From Desulfobacterales bacterium (GTDB taxonomy: Bacteria; Desulfobacterota; Desulfobacteria; Desulfobacterales; UBA5852), in NCBI GenBank assembly GCA_963674755.2, contig CAXXVS010000003.1, positions 2,528,001-2,592,000 of the forward strand: DNA of 64,000 nucleotides, written 5' to 3'. Position 1 is the stretch's first letter. Every line of letters begins with the position of its first letter. Shown here one piece after another: positions 40,518 through 49,351 of the stretch. Position numbers and translations under genes: made by a program. The notes under the pieces were generated by a model. That model saw only the letters and a program-made list of their open reading frames with translations. It was not told the origin of the DNA and did no database searches.

Positions 40518-40538
40518 AAGCAACAATTTGGGAGTAAA

Positions 40539-41210
40539 ATGAATCTTCTCTTCGATCTGGACGGCACCCTGACCGATCCCTTCCCCGGCATCACCCGCTG
40601 CATCGCCTATGCCCTGGAGCGCATCGGATTTCCTGCGCCCCCTGCTGAGGAGCTGCGCTGGTGCATCGGCCCACCCTTAAAACACAGCCTGGCCAAGCTG
40701 CTGGCCACCGACGACGCCACCCGCGTCGAAGAGGCCTTGGCCCTTTACCGGGAACGTTTCGGCACGCTGGGTCTGTTCGAGAACGAGGTCTATGACGGTA
40801 TTCCCGACGTGTTGGCCGCCTTGAACGAAGCCGGGCATACGCTGGTCGTGGCCACCGCGAAACCGGCGGTCTTCGCCCGGCGGATCGTGGATTACTTCGA
40901 ACTGACCCGCTACTTCAAAACCGTCTACGGGAGCGAACTCGATGGGACCCGGGCCGAGAAGGCCAGCCTGATTGCCCACATCCTGCAGGAGGAATCCTTC
41001 GACCCCACCCGATCCGTCATGATCGGGGACCGGGCCTACGACATGATCGGGGCTAAGGAAAACAGCGTGTCCCGCTGCGGCGTACTCTGGGGATATGGGT
41101 CGCACGATGAACTGGAACGTTCCGGCGCGCAGGCCGTTGTGGCCACGCCGGCGGAACTGATCCCTGCAATCAGAAGCAAAGCATTTTTTGATCGGCCGTC
41201 GGCTGTATGA
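40539..41210 (+). CDS. HAD family hydrolase (phosphoglycolate phosphatase/5'-nucleotidase-like)
   Basis: FDLDGTLTD, IGPPL, MIGDR..D, LWGYG. Confidence 0.9.
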   Translation: MNLLFDLDGTLTDPFPGITRCIAYALERIGFPAPPAEELRWCIGPPLKHSLAKLLATDDATRVEEALALYRERFGTLGLFENEVYDGIPDVLAALNEAGHTLVVATAKPAVFARRIVDYFELTRYFKTVYGSELDGTRAEKASLIAHILQEESFDPTRSVMIGDRAYDMIGAKENSVSRCGVLWGYGSHDELERSGAQAVVATPAELIPAIRSKAFFDRPSAV

Positions 41211-41251
41211 AGACCGGGCTATCGACCCGCTTGTAAAAAGAAGCGATTCAG

Positions 41252-41935
41252 CTAAGTCTTCCGGCACATTTTCACGATCATATCGGTTGCCAAACGACGA
41301 TCCACGTCGCGGGGAAAGAGCGCCAAATGCCGCGATCCGGGAACGATATGCAGGTGTCGGGATTCAGCCTCGGTGGCTGCGGCAAAGAGGCCTTCGACGA
41401 CCTCGCGGGGTATTACATCATCCGTTTCGGCCGCGACGATCAGAAGCCTTCCCTTGAAGCGCGACAGGAGGCCGAAGGCATCCGAATCCCGCCAGCTGCC
41501 GGGCCTGCGGATGGCGGCGGAGAAGGCGGGGCCGAAAGGGAGATCGTAGGCACGGCGGGTGTAGACGGCCGGTACAAGCAGGATCAGATTTTCCACCGCG
41601 CAGGCGTCCAGGAGTTTAAGCGCGGTATACCCGCTCATGCTGGCCGCGATCAGGGTCAGCGGTTCCCGGCAGGCGTATCGGATGACGGCGGCGGCCTGGT
41701 CGGTCCTGGCATGCAAGGTGGAACCCGGGAGGCTCCCACCGGTCTCACCGTGTCCGATGAAGTCGAAACTGACCGTGGGCAGGCCATTGTCGTGCAGCGA
41801 TCGCCGCAGGCTTGAAAACCGCGCGCGGGATGATTGGCCGGCGCCATGCAGGACGATGGCACGGCATTCCGTTGCGTAACGGTCTCCGCGCAGCAGATTG
41901 TTCCCAAAGGGAAGTTCGAACGGGATGCGATGCAT
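41252..41935 (-). CDS. Alpha/beta hydrolase
   Basis: LHGAG, FDFIGHGE, AASMSG elbow, DDVIP and late His. Confidence 0.8.
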   Translation of the reverse strand: MHRIPFELPFGNNLLRGDRYATECRAIVLHGAGQSSRARFSSLRRSLHDNGLPTVSFDFIGHGETGGSLPGSTLHARTDQAAAVIRYACREPLTLIAASMSGYTALKLLDACAVENLILLVPAVYTRRAYDLPFGPAFSAAIRRPGSWRDSDAFGLLSRFKGRLLIVAAETDDVIPREVVEGLFAAATEAESRHLHIVPGSRHLALFPRDVDRRLATDMIVKMCRKT

Positions 41936-41939
41936 GTTT

Positions 41940-42611
41940 TTATAATTTGCCCATCGCTTGCCAGTATTCATATTCAAACGGCCACTCGTCTTTGCGATAG
42001 CGCATCAATTGGCGCATCCGTTCCATGAACTGAGTTCTGCGCTGGGCGATATCGGGCGGCACAACCTTGTTTTGCCAGTCGTGAACCAGTTTTCGGCCGA
42101 GAGCCCTGGCATTTTCCAGGATCTCGGCCGAAAATTCGTCGTCGGCCAGCGTCCCCATGGTGGCCCAGACCGAACCGACCGGGACGATGCCGGTCGTGAT
42201 CAGGAAGTGATTCATGTACTCCGCGATGGGCGCTTCGTCGCCTCCCCCGGAGGTCACTACGGAAGCGCCATACTTGCCCTCGAAGCCCAGGCGGTGGATG
42301 ACACCGCAGCAGCGGTCCATGAAGGCCTTCATTTGGGCGCTGACGCTGAAGATATAATTGGGACTTGCCAAAACGACCCCGTCGCTTTCCATGATCTTGG
42401 CCTGGATGGCTGCAAAATCATCTTTCTGGGGACAGAACCCCTTTTTGTGACATGTGTCACAAGCCTTGCAAGGCCGCACGGTCCCCCCGGGCAAATCGAC
42501 CGTTTCATAGCGCGCCCCTTCGCGTTCCGCGGCCTTCAATACCGCCAGCATCAGCCGGCCGGTATTGCCCTTTATTTTTCGTGGACTTCCCACGATGCCG
42601 ATGAGTTTCAT
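41940..42611 (-). CDS. Iron-sulfur flavoprotein / NADPH-dependent FMN reductase
   Basis: GSPRxxxGNT, CxxCxxCxxxxxC, ASPNY, KAFMDR. Confidence 0.9.
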   Translation of the reverse strand: MKLIGIVGSPRKIKGNTGRLMLAVLKAAEREGARYETVDLPGGTVRPCKACDTCHKKGFCPQKDDFAAIQAKIMESDGVVLASPNYIFSVSAQMKAFMDRCCGVIHRLGFEGKYGASVVTSGGGDEAPIAEYMNHFLITTGIVPVGSVWATMGTLADDEFSAEILENARALGRKLVHDWQNKVVPPDIAQRRTQFMERMRQLMRYRKDEWPFEYEYWQAMGKL

Positions 42612-42664
42612 ATGGAGCCCCTCCTAATTTTGGGTTGCATCGGATCGCGGCCAGGCGCCGACGC

Positions 42665-43333
42665 TCAGCCACCCTTAGACAATCGCCGGAATGGCCACCA
42701 TTTGCCGGCTCCCGTCCGGACGATTTGTTGCAGCCGCTGCCGGATTGCAGCCTCCGGCGCATCCCCCTGTCCTTCATTCTCTATGTCGATCGCCAAGGCC
42801 TTGCGGGCCAATTCCACAGCCTTGCGCTTGCGGCCGGTGTCGGCCGCCATGATGGCCATGGCCGCCAGAACCTGCCACTGGGATTGCGGCAGCAGGAGCA
42901 CCACCTCGGCGTCCTTGATATGGCGGAGGGCTTCCTCGTAACAGGTTTTGTACCCGTGCCGGGCAACGAACAGGGCGAAATGGGTAGGCACATCGGTCGT
43001 GAAGAATCCTTGCGCGTTTTTACCGGCGGCGAGGGCCTGGCGGTAGACCTGCAGGGCCTCGTCCCATTGCCCCAATTCCTCCAGGCATTTGGCCTTTTGC
43101 AAATAGGCGGAACCGATCTCGTTGGGGTCGGGATAATGCGCGATGAGATGTTCCAGAAGCACCAGGGCCGCCTGGTATTCGGGCGGGGAACATTCGCGTT
43201 GCAGATAATAGGCCTGTATCCGGAGATATTGCGCTTTTTTATAGGAGGATCGTGCCCGTTGAAAATGGGCGAAAAAATCCTTTTCGTCTTCGGGCGACCA
43301 CGATGTTTTGCGGTACCAGTCTCTTTTTCCCAT
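42665..43333 (-). CDS. TPR-like hypothetical protein
   Basis: AYLQKAKCLEELGQWDEALQVYRQAL TPR pattern; KWWPF near the C-terminus. Confidence 0.7.
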   Translation of the reverse strand: MGKRDWYRKTSWSPEDEKDFFAHFQRARSSYKKAQYLRIQAYYLQRECSPPEYQAALVLLEHLIAHYPDPNEIGSAYLQKAKCLEELGQWDEALQVYRQALAAGKNAQGFFTTDVPTHFALFVARHGYKTCYEEALRHIKDAEVVLLLPQSQWQVLAAMAIMAADTGRKRKAVELARKALAIDIENEGQGDAPEAAIRQRLQQIVRTGAGKWWPFRRLSKGG

Positions 43334-43430
43334 TTCCCCGCCCCGTTTGGATGAAATTGCGTTGGGGGTCGTCGCGCAGCCGTTCGGGCCGATCCCTTTA
43401 TCGTCGGTATTGCCAGGCGCTTTCAGGCCG

Positions 43431-43496
43431 TCTGAACGCGGCCGCCAACTTGCCTTGGTCCGGCATCCCGGGCCAAAAGGTTTATACGCGTTATGC
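43431..43496 (-). mobile_element. Degenerate attC-like site
   Basis: Minus strand GCATAAC...GTTCAGA, 66 bp, with internal palindrome; 19 bp after a stop codon. Confidence 0.4.
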
Positions 43497-43515
43497 CGCG
43501 CCTGTAATCTTGTCG

Positions 43516-44193
43516 CTATTGCGAGGGCTTGCCGGCAAACACGTAAGCCCGTCTGCTCTGATACTCGATTTCAGGGTAGGGGTCCCTTTCGATCGTCTCT
43601 GTTTCAGAGAAGCCACACATGGTCAACAGGTTCGTTATCTGATCAGGCTTGAAAAACATGAACTCAATAGCGATCTTTTTCCCAAGAAATTCGTCGACGA
43701 AAAGAGTCCCTTCGCCGATATGGTAGGAAAGAAGAAGCAATCCTCCCGGTTTCAGGACACGGTAGATTTCATTCAAAGCGGTGCGTACCTGATCCTCCGT
43801 AAAATGAACGATGGCATAAAACGCTATAATGGCCGCGATGGAATTGTCGTCAAATTCAAGCGCGAGCATATTGCCCTTCCGAAAAGGGATGTCCGGATAA
43901 GTTGTTTGGGCATGTTCGACAAAACGCGCGGACAAATCAAGTCCTGCAATCTCAACCCCCAGCTTTTTGAGACATTTTGCGGTGTGACCCGGACCGCATC
44001 CGAAATCCCAAACCGGTTTCCGGTTTTTGACGGCTTGTGAAAATCGGAGGAGTATTTCCCGATCCATGGGTTTCTTCCCATGTTCGCCGGAGAAGACTTC
44101 GGCGTATTCCTTGGATACGGCATCATACAAATTTTCTACGGCAGACGAATTATCGATAATGTGTCCCGTGCCTTTATTGCGCGGCTCTTCCAC
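43516..44193 (-). CDS. Class I SAM-dependent methyltransferase
   Basis: WDFGCGPG, GLDLS, FYAIVH, RVLKPGG; lower GC. Confidence 0.88.
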   Translation of the reverse strand: MEEPRNKGTGHIIDNSSAVENLYDAVSKEYAEVFSGEHGKKPMDREILLRFSQAVKNRKPVWDFGCGPGHTAKCLKKLGVEIAGLDLSARFVEHAQTTYPDIPFRKGNMLALEFDDNSIAAIIAFYAIVHFTEDQVRTALNEIYRVLKPGGLLLLSYHIGEGTLFVDEFLGKKIAIEFMFFKPDQITNLLTMCGFSETETIERDPYPEIEYQSRRAYVFAGKPSQ

Positions 44194-44276
44194 GCTACCT
44201 GCCCCCTATTGAGAGAAAACCAGACGCGGCAGTATTTAATCGATATCTTTAAGCCATGCGTGCCACGGGAATTACC

Positions 44277-44762
44277 CTAAGCGTTGGGAACCCCTATCCT
44301 AATGGCCCTCAAAATGTCACTCTCCGAAGCCGGTCCGTTGTTATCGATTTCCGCCGCCCAATCCAATTTCACGCGCGCGGCAATGGCGTTGTATTCAGCC
44401 ACTTTGTCATCCGAAACAGGGATGTGGTTTTTCCGGTCACGTTGCTTGACCCGTTCGAGACAAATATCAAGATCACAAAAGACGCGGATCAATTTGATCG
44501 AATACTTCCGGCTTAACGATTCATGGAATCGATGGAAGCCGTCACCGGCGCCCAGATTCTCAATCATCAGTTTGTCACCGCTCTCGAAAGCTTGGTCGAT
44601 GGCCTGTTCGACCTTTTGCCACCCGTCTTCCCCGGGCTTCAACGACAGCCAGATGTTTTCGACCCGCAGGAAAGCGATATCGGTCTTTTCCGCGATCAAG
44701 GTGCCGATGGTGGTCTTGCCCGACCCCTTGGGCCCGATCAGCATATAGAGGGTTTTTTCCAC
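44277..44762 (-). CDS. P-loop nucleotide kinase (shikimate/gluconate kinase-like)
   Basis: IGPKGSGKTT Walker A; CLERVKQR lid. Confidence 0.8.
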   Translation of the reverse strand: MEKTLYMLIGPKGSGKTTIGTLIAEKTDIAFLRVENIWLSLKPGEDGWQKVEQAIDQAFESGDKLMIENLGAGDGFHRFHESLSRKYSIKLIRVFCDLDICLERVKQRDRKNHIPVSDDKVAEYNAIAARVKLDWAAEIDNNGPASESDILRAIRIGVPNA

Positions 44763-45292
44763 TACGCTTGTTCCGCGAGAGATTTAAAGTTAAGCAACTG
44801 GCGGCGCATCATGACCCAATCGCCCCAGGCCAGGAAGGTGCGCATCAGCCGGGGGAGCGGGCCCGGAGAGTAGGGGATCACAAGCTTGACCAGAAGACGA
44901 CAGGCGCTCCGGGTCTGGGGAACGATCAGATAGCTCACCAGACAATCGCCCCAAAGGCGCGATCCGATCGCCTTCGGCTCGAGCCGGAGGGTTATGTGGC
45001 GGTTCCGCTCGAAAGCGATGACTTCGAAAATGGTCATCATGCGCTGGCCCACGGCAAGTTTGTCCAACCCGGGGATCAAGTTCCGGGGGCTGCGGCGACC
45101 CAGGTTGTCGATCCAGTCGTAGCTGTAAGGTGCAACCCGCATCTGACACAGCCAGGGAAACAGGACTTCGGCTGCGGCCTTGACGGTGATCCCCCGATAA
45201 AAGGCGGCATTGGGTCCTTGAGCCCAGCTATCGCAGGGGAAGGGCCGTAAAAGCTCGTGCGGTGAGGTGCCCCAGGTGACGGGTAGCGGCAT
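44762..45292 (-). CDS. Hypothetical SRPBCC-like protein
   Basis: FPWLCQM...YSYDWIDN...MMRRQLLNFKSLAE pattern; TAGTG overlap with the next gene. Confidence 0.65.
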   Translation of the reverse strand: MPLPVTWGTSPHELLRPFPCDSWAQGPNAAFYRGITVKAAAEVLFPWLCQMRVAPYSYDWIDNLGRRSPRNLIPGLDKLAVGQRMMTIFEVIAFERNRHITLRLEPKAIGSRLWGDCLVSYLIVPQTRSACRLLVKLVIPYSPGPLPRLMRTFLAWGDWVMMRRQLLNFKSLAEQA

Positions 45293-45318
45293 CGTAAGTT
45301 CCCCTGCGAAATAAACGT

Positions 45319-46791
45319 CTATCGTGCGGTCCCATCTCCATAGCCGTATGCCTCGCCGGCACCCAGCCGGCCCATGGCAAGATCTGTCACTCGCATTACG
45401 GCGCTCTCCGTGTAGAAGCCCACCCCGCCTTTCCGGTATGTGTCGTCCGCCAGGCTCAGCAGGATATAGCCGTTCAAGGAAAATTCCAGGTATTGTTCAT
45501 ATGCGACCAGGCGGAATGCAACCGGGCCGCTTTCGGCCTCGTAGTGGCCGGCCTGCAGCTGTCGATAGCGAAAATCGTTGTCCATGGTGCCCCCGGGCTT
45601 TTTCCCCCAGGCCCGGATCTGGGTGAGGCCTTTATAGAGTTCAAGGCTCAGGTAATAACCGTCGCCCTCTTCGTCAACCCGCAGCACCAGGCCGCATTTG
45701 CCCCGCTTTGCCAGTTCCAGGGTGCCGGTCAGCAGGAAGTTCCGGTAGTCGCCCCGGAGCAGAAACACCTCGCCGCCGCTTTCGCTGCCAAGATGCAATT
45801 CATCATCCCGGGAGGACCCCCTGGCGGAACGATTGCCGAACAGCGCTTTGACCGGCGTCAGTTCGGGCAGGGCATGGCGCGTCCGGGCCAGGCGGTCAAA
45901 ACCCTGAAACGATTTCAGCCTCAGTTCACCTTCCGCATCGACCGCCAGCTCCTTGGGCGGGGCCATCAGATGGATGCTTTCAGCATGCCGTTTTTTGACG
46001 AAGAAGTTCCAGATCAGATAGCCGTCCCGCACAGCGGATAGGCGGGCCGCATAGTTGCCCTGGGGCAGCAGGACATTGTCGGAGAAATTGCGGTAGGGGC
46101 CTTCGAATCGATCCGACCACCAGTAATGGACCTTGACGTCCTCCCGGATGGATCCCACCAGATAATAGCGGCCGTCGATCCGTGCCAGGTTCGGCACCTC
46201 CACATCGTCATATTGCATGGGGTGGAACAGCGGCGGCCCGAATTCATACCGGCCACCGGCCGTCTCCCTGATAAGCGCCACGCATCCCCGCCGCACGAGC
46301 GGCCCCGTCTTGACGCGGGCCGCGGCAAGCAGAAAATGTTTACCGTTTTCCCGGAAGCAGAAGGGGTCCCGAAAACTGACCCAGTGCCGGCCCTCGGCCA
46401 CCTCATGCTCATAGTGGGAGCCCGGAATCTCCAGGGGAAAGGTCCCGGAGGTATCCTTCTCCCAATGATAGAGGTCGTCACTGCGGGCCAGACCGATGCG
46501 CTGAATGCGGCTTTGGTCTTGCAGGCCCAGGCCCGTGTAGAACATCCGCCAGGCACCTTCCCGGGCGGGGTCGGGCGAGACATGCATGGTCCACAGCATA
46601 TCATCGTCCCAGGCGTCCGGGTCGCTGATGAACAGGGCGTTCTTGACGCGGCGCCAGCTCAACCCGTCGCGGCTCACGGCGTGGGCGATGTAGGCATGGT
46701 TGGGGAGGGTCAGGTGATAGAGATGAAAAACCCCGTCGTGTTCGACGACATTGACGTCGCCGATCTGCAAATCCCTAATCCTTGGATACAT
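45319..46791 (-). CDS. GH32-like glycoside hydrolase (beta-propeller plus beta-sandwich)
   Basis: IGD nucleophile region, HAVSxDG, FRDP, EVP acid/base. Confidence 0.75.
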   Translation of the reverse strand: MYPRIRDLQIGDVNVVEHDGVFHLYHLTLPNHAYIAHAVSRDGLSWRRVKNALFISDPDAWDDDMLWTMHVSPDPAREGAWRMFYTGLGLQDQSRIQRIGLARSDDLYHWEKDTSGTFPLEIPGSHYEHEVAEGRHWVSFRDPFCFRENGKHFLLAAARVKTGPLVRRGCVALIRETAGGRYEFGPPLFHPMQYDDVEVPNLARIDGRYYLVGSIREDVKVHYWWSDRFEGPYRNFSDNVLLPQGNYAARLSAVRDGYLIWNFFVKKRHAESIHLMAPPKELAVDAEGELRLKSFQGFDRLARTRHALPELTPVKALFGNRSARGSSRDDELHLGSESGGEVFLLRGDYRNFLLTGTLELAKRGKCGLVLRVDEEGDGYYLSLELYKGLTQIRAWGKKPGGTMDNDFRYRQLQAGHYEAESGPVAFRLVAYEQYLEFSLNGYILLSLADDTYRKGGVGFYTESAVMRVTDLAMGRLGAGEAYGYGDGTAR

Positions 46792-46875
46792 GGTTTGACC
46801 TCTGTTGGAAACCTTCGCAACGGGCAGGTTCTCTATGGAAGCCGTCCCGCTGAAATGGCGGTAGAAGCGCTTGCG

Positions 46876-46938
46876 GCCTAACGCTCCAGCGATCGATCCG
46901 GCCCATAGACGGACTGGCCCTGATCAGCGGCTTTTCCC
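46876..46938 (-). mobile_element. Degenerate attC-like site with intact core GTTAGGC
   Basis: Minus strand GCTGATC...GATCGC-TGGAGC-GTTAGGC; the inverse core AAC is lost. Confidence 0.4.
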
Positions 46939-46951
46939 TTGCCGTGCTCCG

Positions 46952-47614
46952 TCACAATTCCGGATGATTACGGAGTTCCTTCACACCATTGGGGGTATCG
47001 ATATAAACGATCATATAGGGGGTGGCGTTTCGGCCTAAAGCGTTTATCGTCACGAGATTCGACGCCCCTATTGACGCTAAAGCAGATTCAAGCCAACGCG
47101 GATAGGGATGGTAGATCGCCAAACCTTGAAAACGGCAAGCGCGATCGGCCATGTTCGCGGACGGATGGGTCTCGGTCTGCCATTCGATCGCATAGGGCAG
47201 CAGGCCCCCCGCGATGAGCCTTCCGTCCTCGGGAAGCCCGAAATACCAGCTCAAATCCCCCCGGGTGACGAACTCGGCGGTTCCCAGTGAAAACGCGGCC
47301 TGCGCCATCAGCGTGTTGATATCTTGCGTGTTGACGACCCAGGCCAACAATGCCGGCTGTTTCTCGATCCGCTGCCGTATGAAGGCGTCATCCAAACCGA
47401 ACCACCTTGGACGCGTGGGCGGTGCCATGTCAGGATTGATAGCAAGTATTTCCAGGAAGCTATCATTTCCGAGCTGCATTAGGTGATTATGCGTGCCCAT
47501 CTTTTCATGCACGCCGCCAAAGGGCATATCAACGCCCAAACATTCCTGCACATACGCAACCCCCTGCTCGAGGGAGCCCGCGCCTATCACAAGATGGTCT
47601 ATACGTGTTGGCAT
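46952..47614 (-). CDS. VOC family protein (Glyoxalase_3-like)
   Basis: IDHLVI, GGVHEKMGTHN, FLEILAINP, RWFGLD. Confidence 0.88.
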   Translation of the reverse strand: MPTRIDHLVIGAGSLEQGVAYVQECLGVDMPFGGVHEKMGTHNHLMQLGNDSFLEILAINPDMAPPTRPRWFGLDDAFIRQRIEKQPALLAWVVNTQDINTLMAQAAFSLGTAEFVTRGDLSWYFGLPEDGRLIAGGLLPYAIEWQTETHPSANMADRACRFQGLAIYHPYPRWLESALASIGASNLVTINALGRNATPYMIVYIDTPNGVKELRNHPEL

Positions 47615-47642
47615 TTTTCGCTCGCGAAAATGGTGGTTGAGC

Positions 47643-47700
47643 CCTTAACGCCGTTGTTGGGCGGCGAGCGGAGCAAGTCCTATAGCCGCCGCGGCTAACG
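47643..47700 (-). mobile_element. attC-like half site
   Basis: Minus strand GGACTTGCTCCGCTCGCCGCCCAACAACGGC-GTTAAGG resembles attC right arms; left arm disrupted. Confidence 0.4.
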
Positions 47701-47714
47701 GCGCCGGAATGATT

Positions 47715-47978
47715 TCAGTATTTGACACTTCTCCAGTACCTGACGCCAGGCGCTCCCCCTTGACACGCGGGGCAACGCTTTTCATGCATATCAGATCCAT
47801 TTGTTCCATAGACATAGCCGCAAATTGTGCATTCAGTTTTATAGGCATATTGGCCATGGTCTGTTCCCTGAACGCCGCAATGCCCGCCACACTGTTGGCC
47901 ATTAGGATTAAGATAGCCGATTTCCACACTCTTGCCACTACCGTCCTGCCAGTTTATCGGAATATAGTTTTCGTCCAT
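47715..47978 (-). CDS. 87-aa zinc-ribbon-like hypothetical protein
   Basis: CTIC...CPAC plus CGGHC; lower GC. Confidence 0.7.
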   Translation of the reverse strand: MDENYIPINWQDGSGKSVEIGYLNPNGQQCGGHCGVQGTDHGQYAYKTECTICGYVYGTNGSDMHEKRCPACQGGAPGVRYWRSVKY

Positions 47979-48015
47979 GGCTCAGCTTTCTCTGTGCATG
48001 CATTTGGCGTGTGGC

Positions 48016-49113
48016 TCAAGCACGCGGTTTGTCGGCGTCACTTGCGGCCTGTGGTTCGTCGTCTTTGTCTTCCTGATTCAATTCATCCTGTTTGTGCTCC
48101 GTCGCCTTGAGGCGTTCGCGGACCTGGGCCATTTTCGACTTGATCTGCTCCTTGTCTTCGCCGGACGCTTCCTTGAGCAAGGAGTCCAATTCCTGGAGCT
48201 CTTTGGTCAATTTCTGTTTCTCGTTTTCAATCTGCTCAGCCCGGTCGGCCTTGTCAAAGGCAATTTCCTCGGCCGCGGCCGATGTTTCCGGGGACGCTTC
48301 GGCAAACGTTGGCGGGATGACCTTTTTATCTTCTCCCATGGGGCGCTGATTCATATAGGTCGGCGACATGATTTCGATACCCTTGCCATGCAGCGTGTCC
48401 AGAACATGCCGGGAAAGGTTGGAACGGGCGGTGATAAGCCCCTTCACATCAACCAGCAGGCCGGAGATGCGATAGGTGATCGCGTAGTTGCCGATTTCGA
48501 GGATGTGAACAAAAGGCTCCTCGAGTCCGCTTTGCGCCGCGGCTTCAATAAGCAGCGGTTCGACCTTCGAATGATGAAGGTCGAAGCCCAGGGACAGGGT
48601 GGTTGAGATGATGGTGCCCGAATTGAGAACCGCCGTTACGGGGTTGCGGATCAGGTAGGTGTTGGGAAGGGCGATAAGCTCCCGGGCCTCGGTCTGCAAT
48701 TCCGTGTCAAACAAGCCGCGTTCGGTGACACGGCCGAAATAGTCGCCGACACGCACAAAATCACCGGTCCTGAAGGGTTTGGTTATATTGAGCAGTATCC
48801 CGGCCATAAAGTTGGCCACGATCGTTGTCGATGAGAAGGCGATGATACCTGAAATCAGCAGCCCGATAAGCCCCAGCAGCCGGTCGCGAAACGCCTCGCT
48901 CACGGGCAGGACGATAATGGCGAGGATAAGACCAAGCAGCAGCAAGCCCAGCAAAATGATTTGGCGGGGAAACTTGCGCTCACTGCTCAGATCGGGATGG
49001 CGCCCGATGAGAAACCAGTGAGCGCCCCGCAGGGCCCCCGCCAGCGCAAGGGCGACACATATGAGGGGCCAGAATGATATGATCGAATCCAGCAGGTGGT
49101 TCCAGCGTTCCAT
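48016..49113 (-). CDS. MscS family mechanosensitive channel with coiled-coil tail
   Basis: Three TM helices; ANFMAG, KPFRTGDFV, IALPN. Confidence 0.88.
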   Translation of the reverse strand: MERWNHLLDSIISFWPLICVALALAGALRGAHWFLIGRHPDLSSERKFPRQIILLGLLLLGLILAIIVLPVSEAFRDRLLGLIGLLISGIIAFSSTTIVANFMAGILLNITKPFRTGDFVRVGDYFGRVTERGLFDTELQTEARELIALPNTYLIRNPVTAVLNSGTIISTTLSLGFDLHHSKVEPLLIEAAAQSGLEEPFVHILEIGNYAITYRISGLLVDVKGLITARSNLSRHVLDTLHGKGIEIMSPTYMNQRPMGEDKKVIPPTFAEASPETSAAAEEIAFDKADRAEQIENEKQKLTKELQELDSLLKEASGEDKEQIKSKMAQVRERLKATEHKQDELNQEDKDDEPQAASDADKPRA

Positions 49114-49207
49114 AAATGATCCCGATTGTTCTGCCGACGGTTGGTAGAAAACCGCGCCCCAGGATGGTCACGATCCTCATTATTGAAAAACATGCGCCGC
49201 CAATCGA

Positions 49208-49312
49208 TAGATGTCGTCTTTAACCGTGGCGGCACGCTTGAGCCAGGCACCGCCGCAAAGGCGCGATCATCAAGCAGCGAACCGATTTTCCAGCCGTTCG
49301 CATCTTTCATTC
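49208..49312 (-). pseudogene. Decayed duplicate of 49776-49881 (internal part of the DUF1254 gene)
   Basis: Encodes MKDANGWKIGSLLDDRAF versus MKDANGWKIGSLFGDRAF, followed by a 1-nt deletion. Confidence 0.85.
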
Positions 49313-49351
49313 AAAACCACGGCCAGGAATTCAGGCGTTCAGACCGGCATC

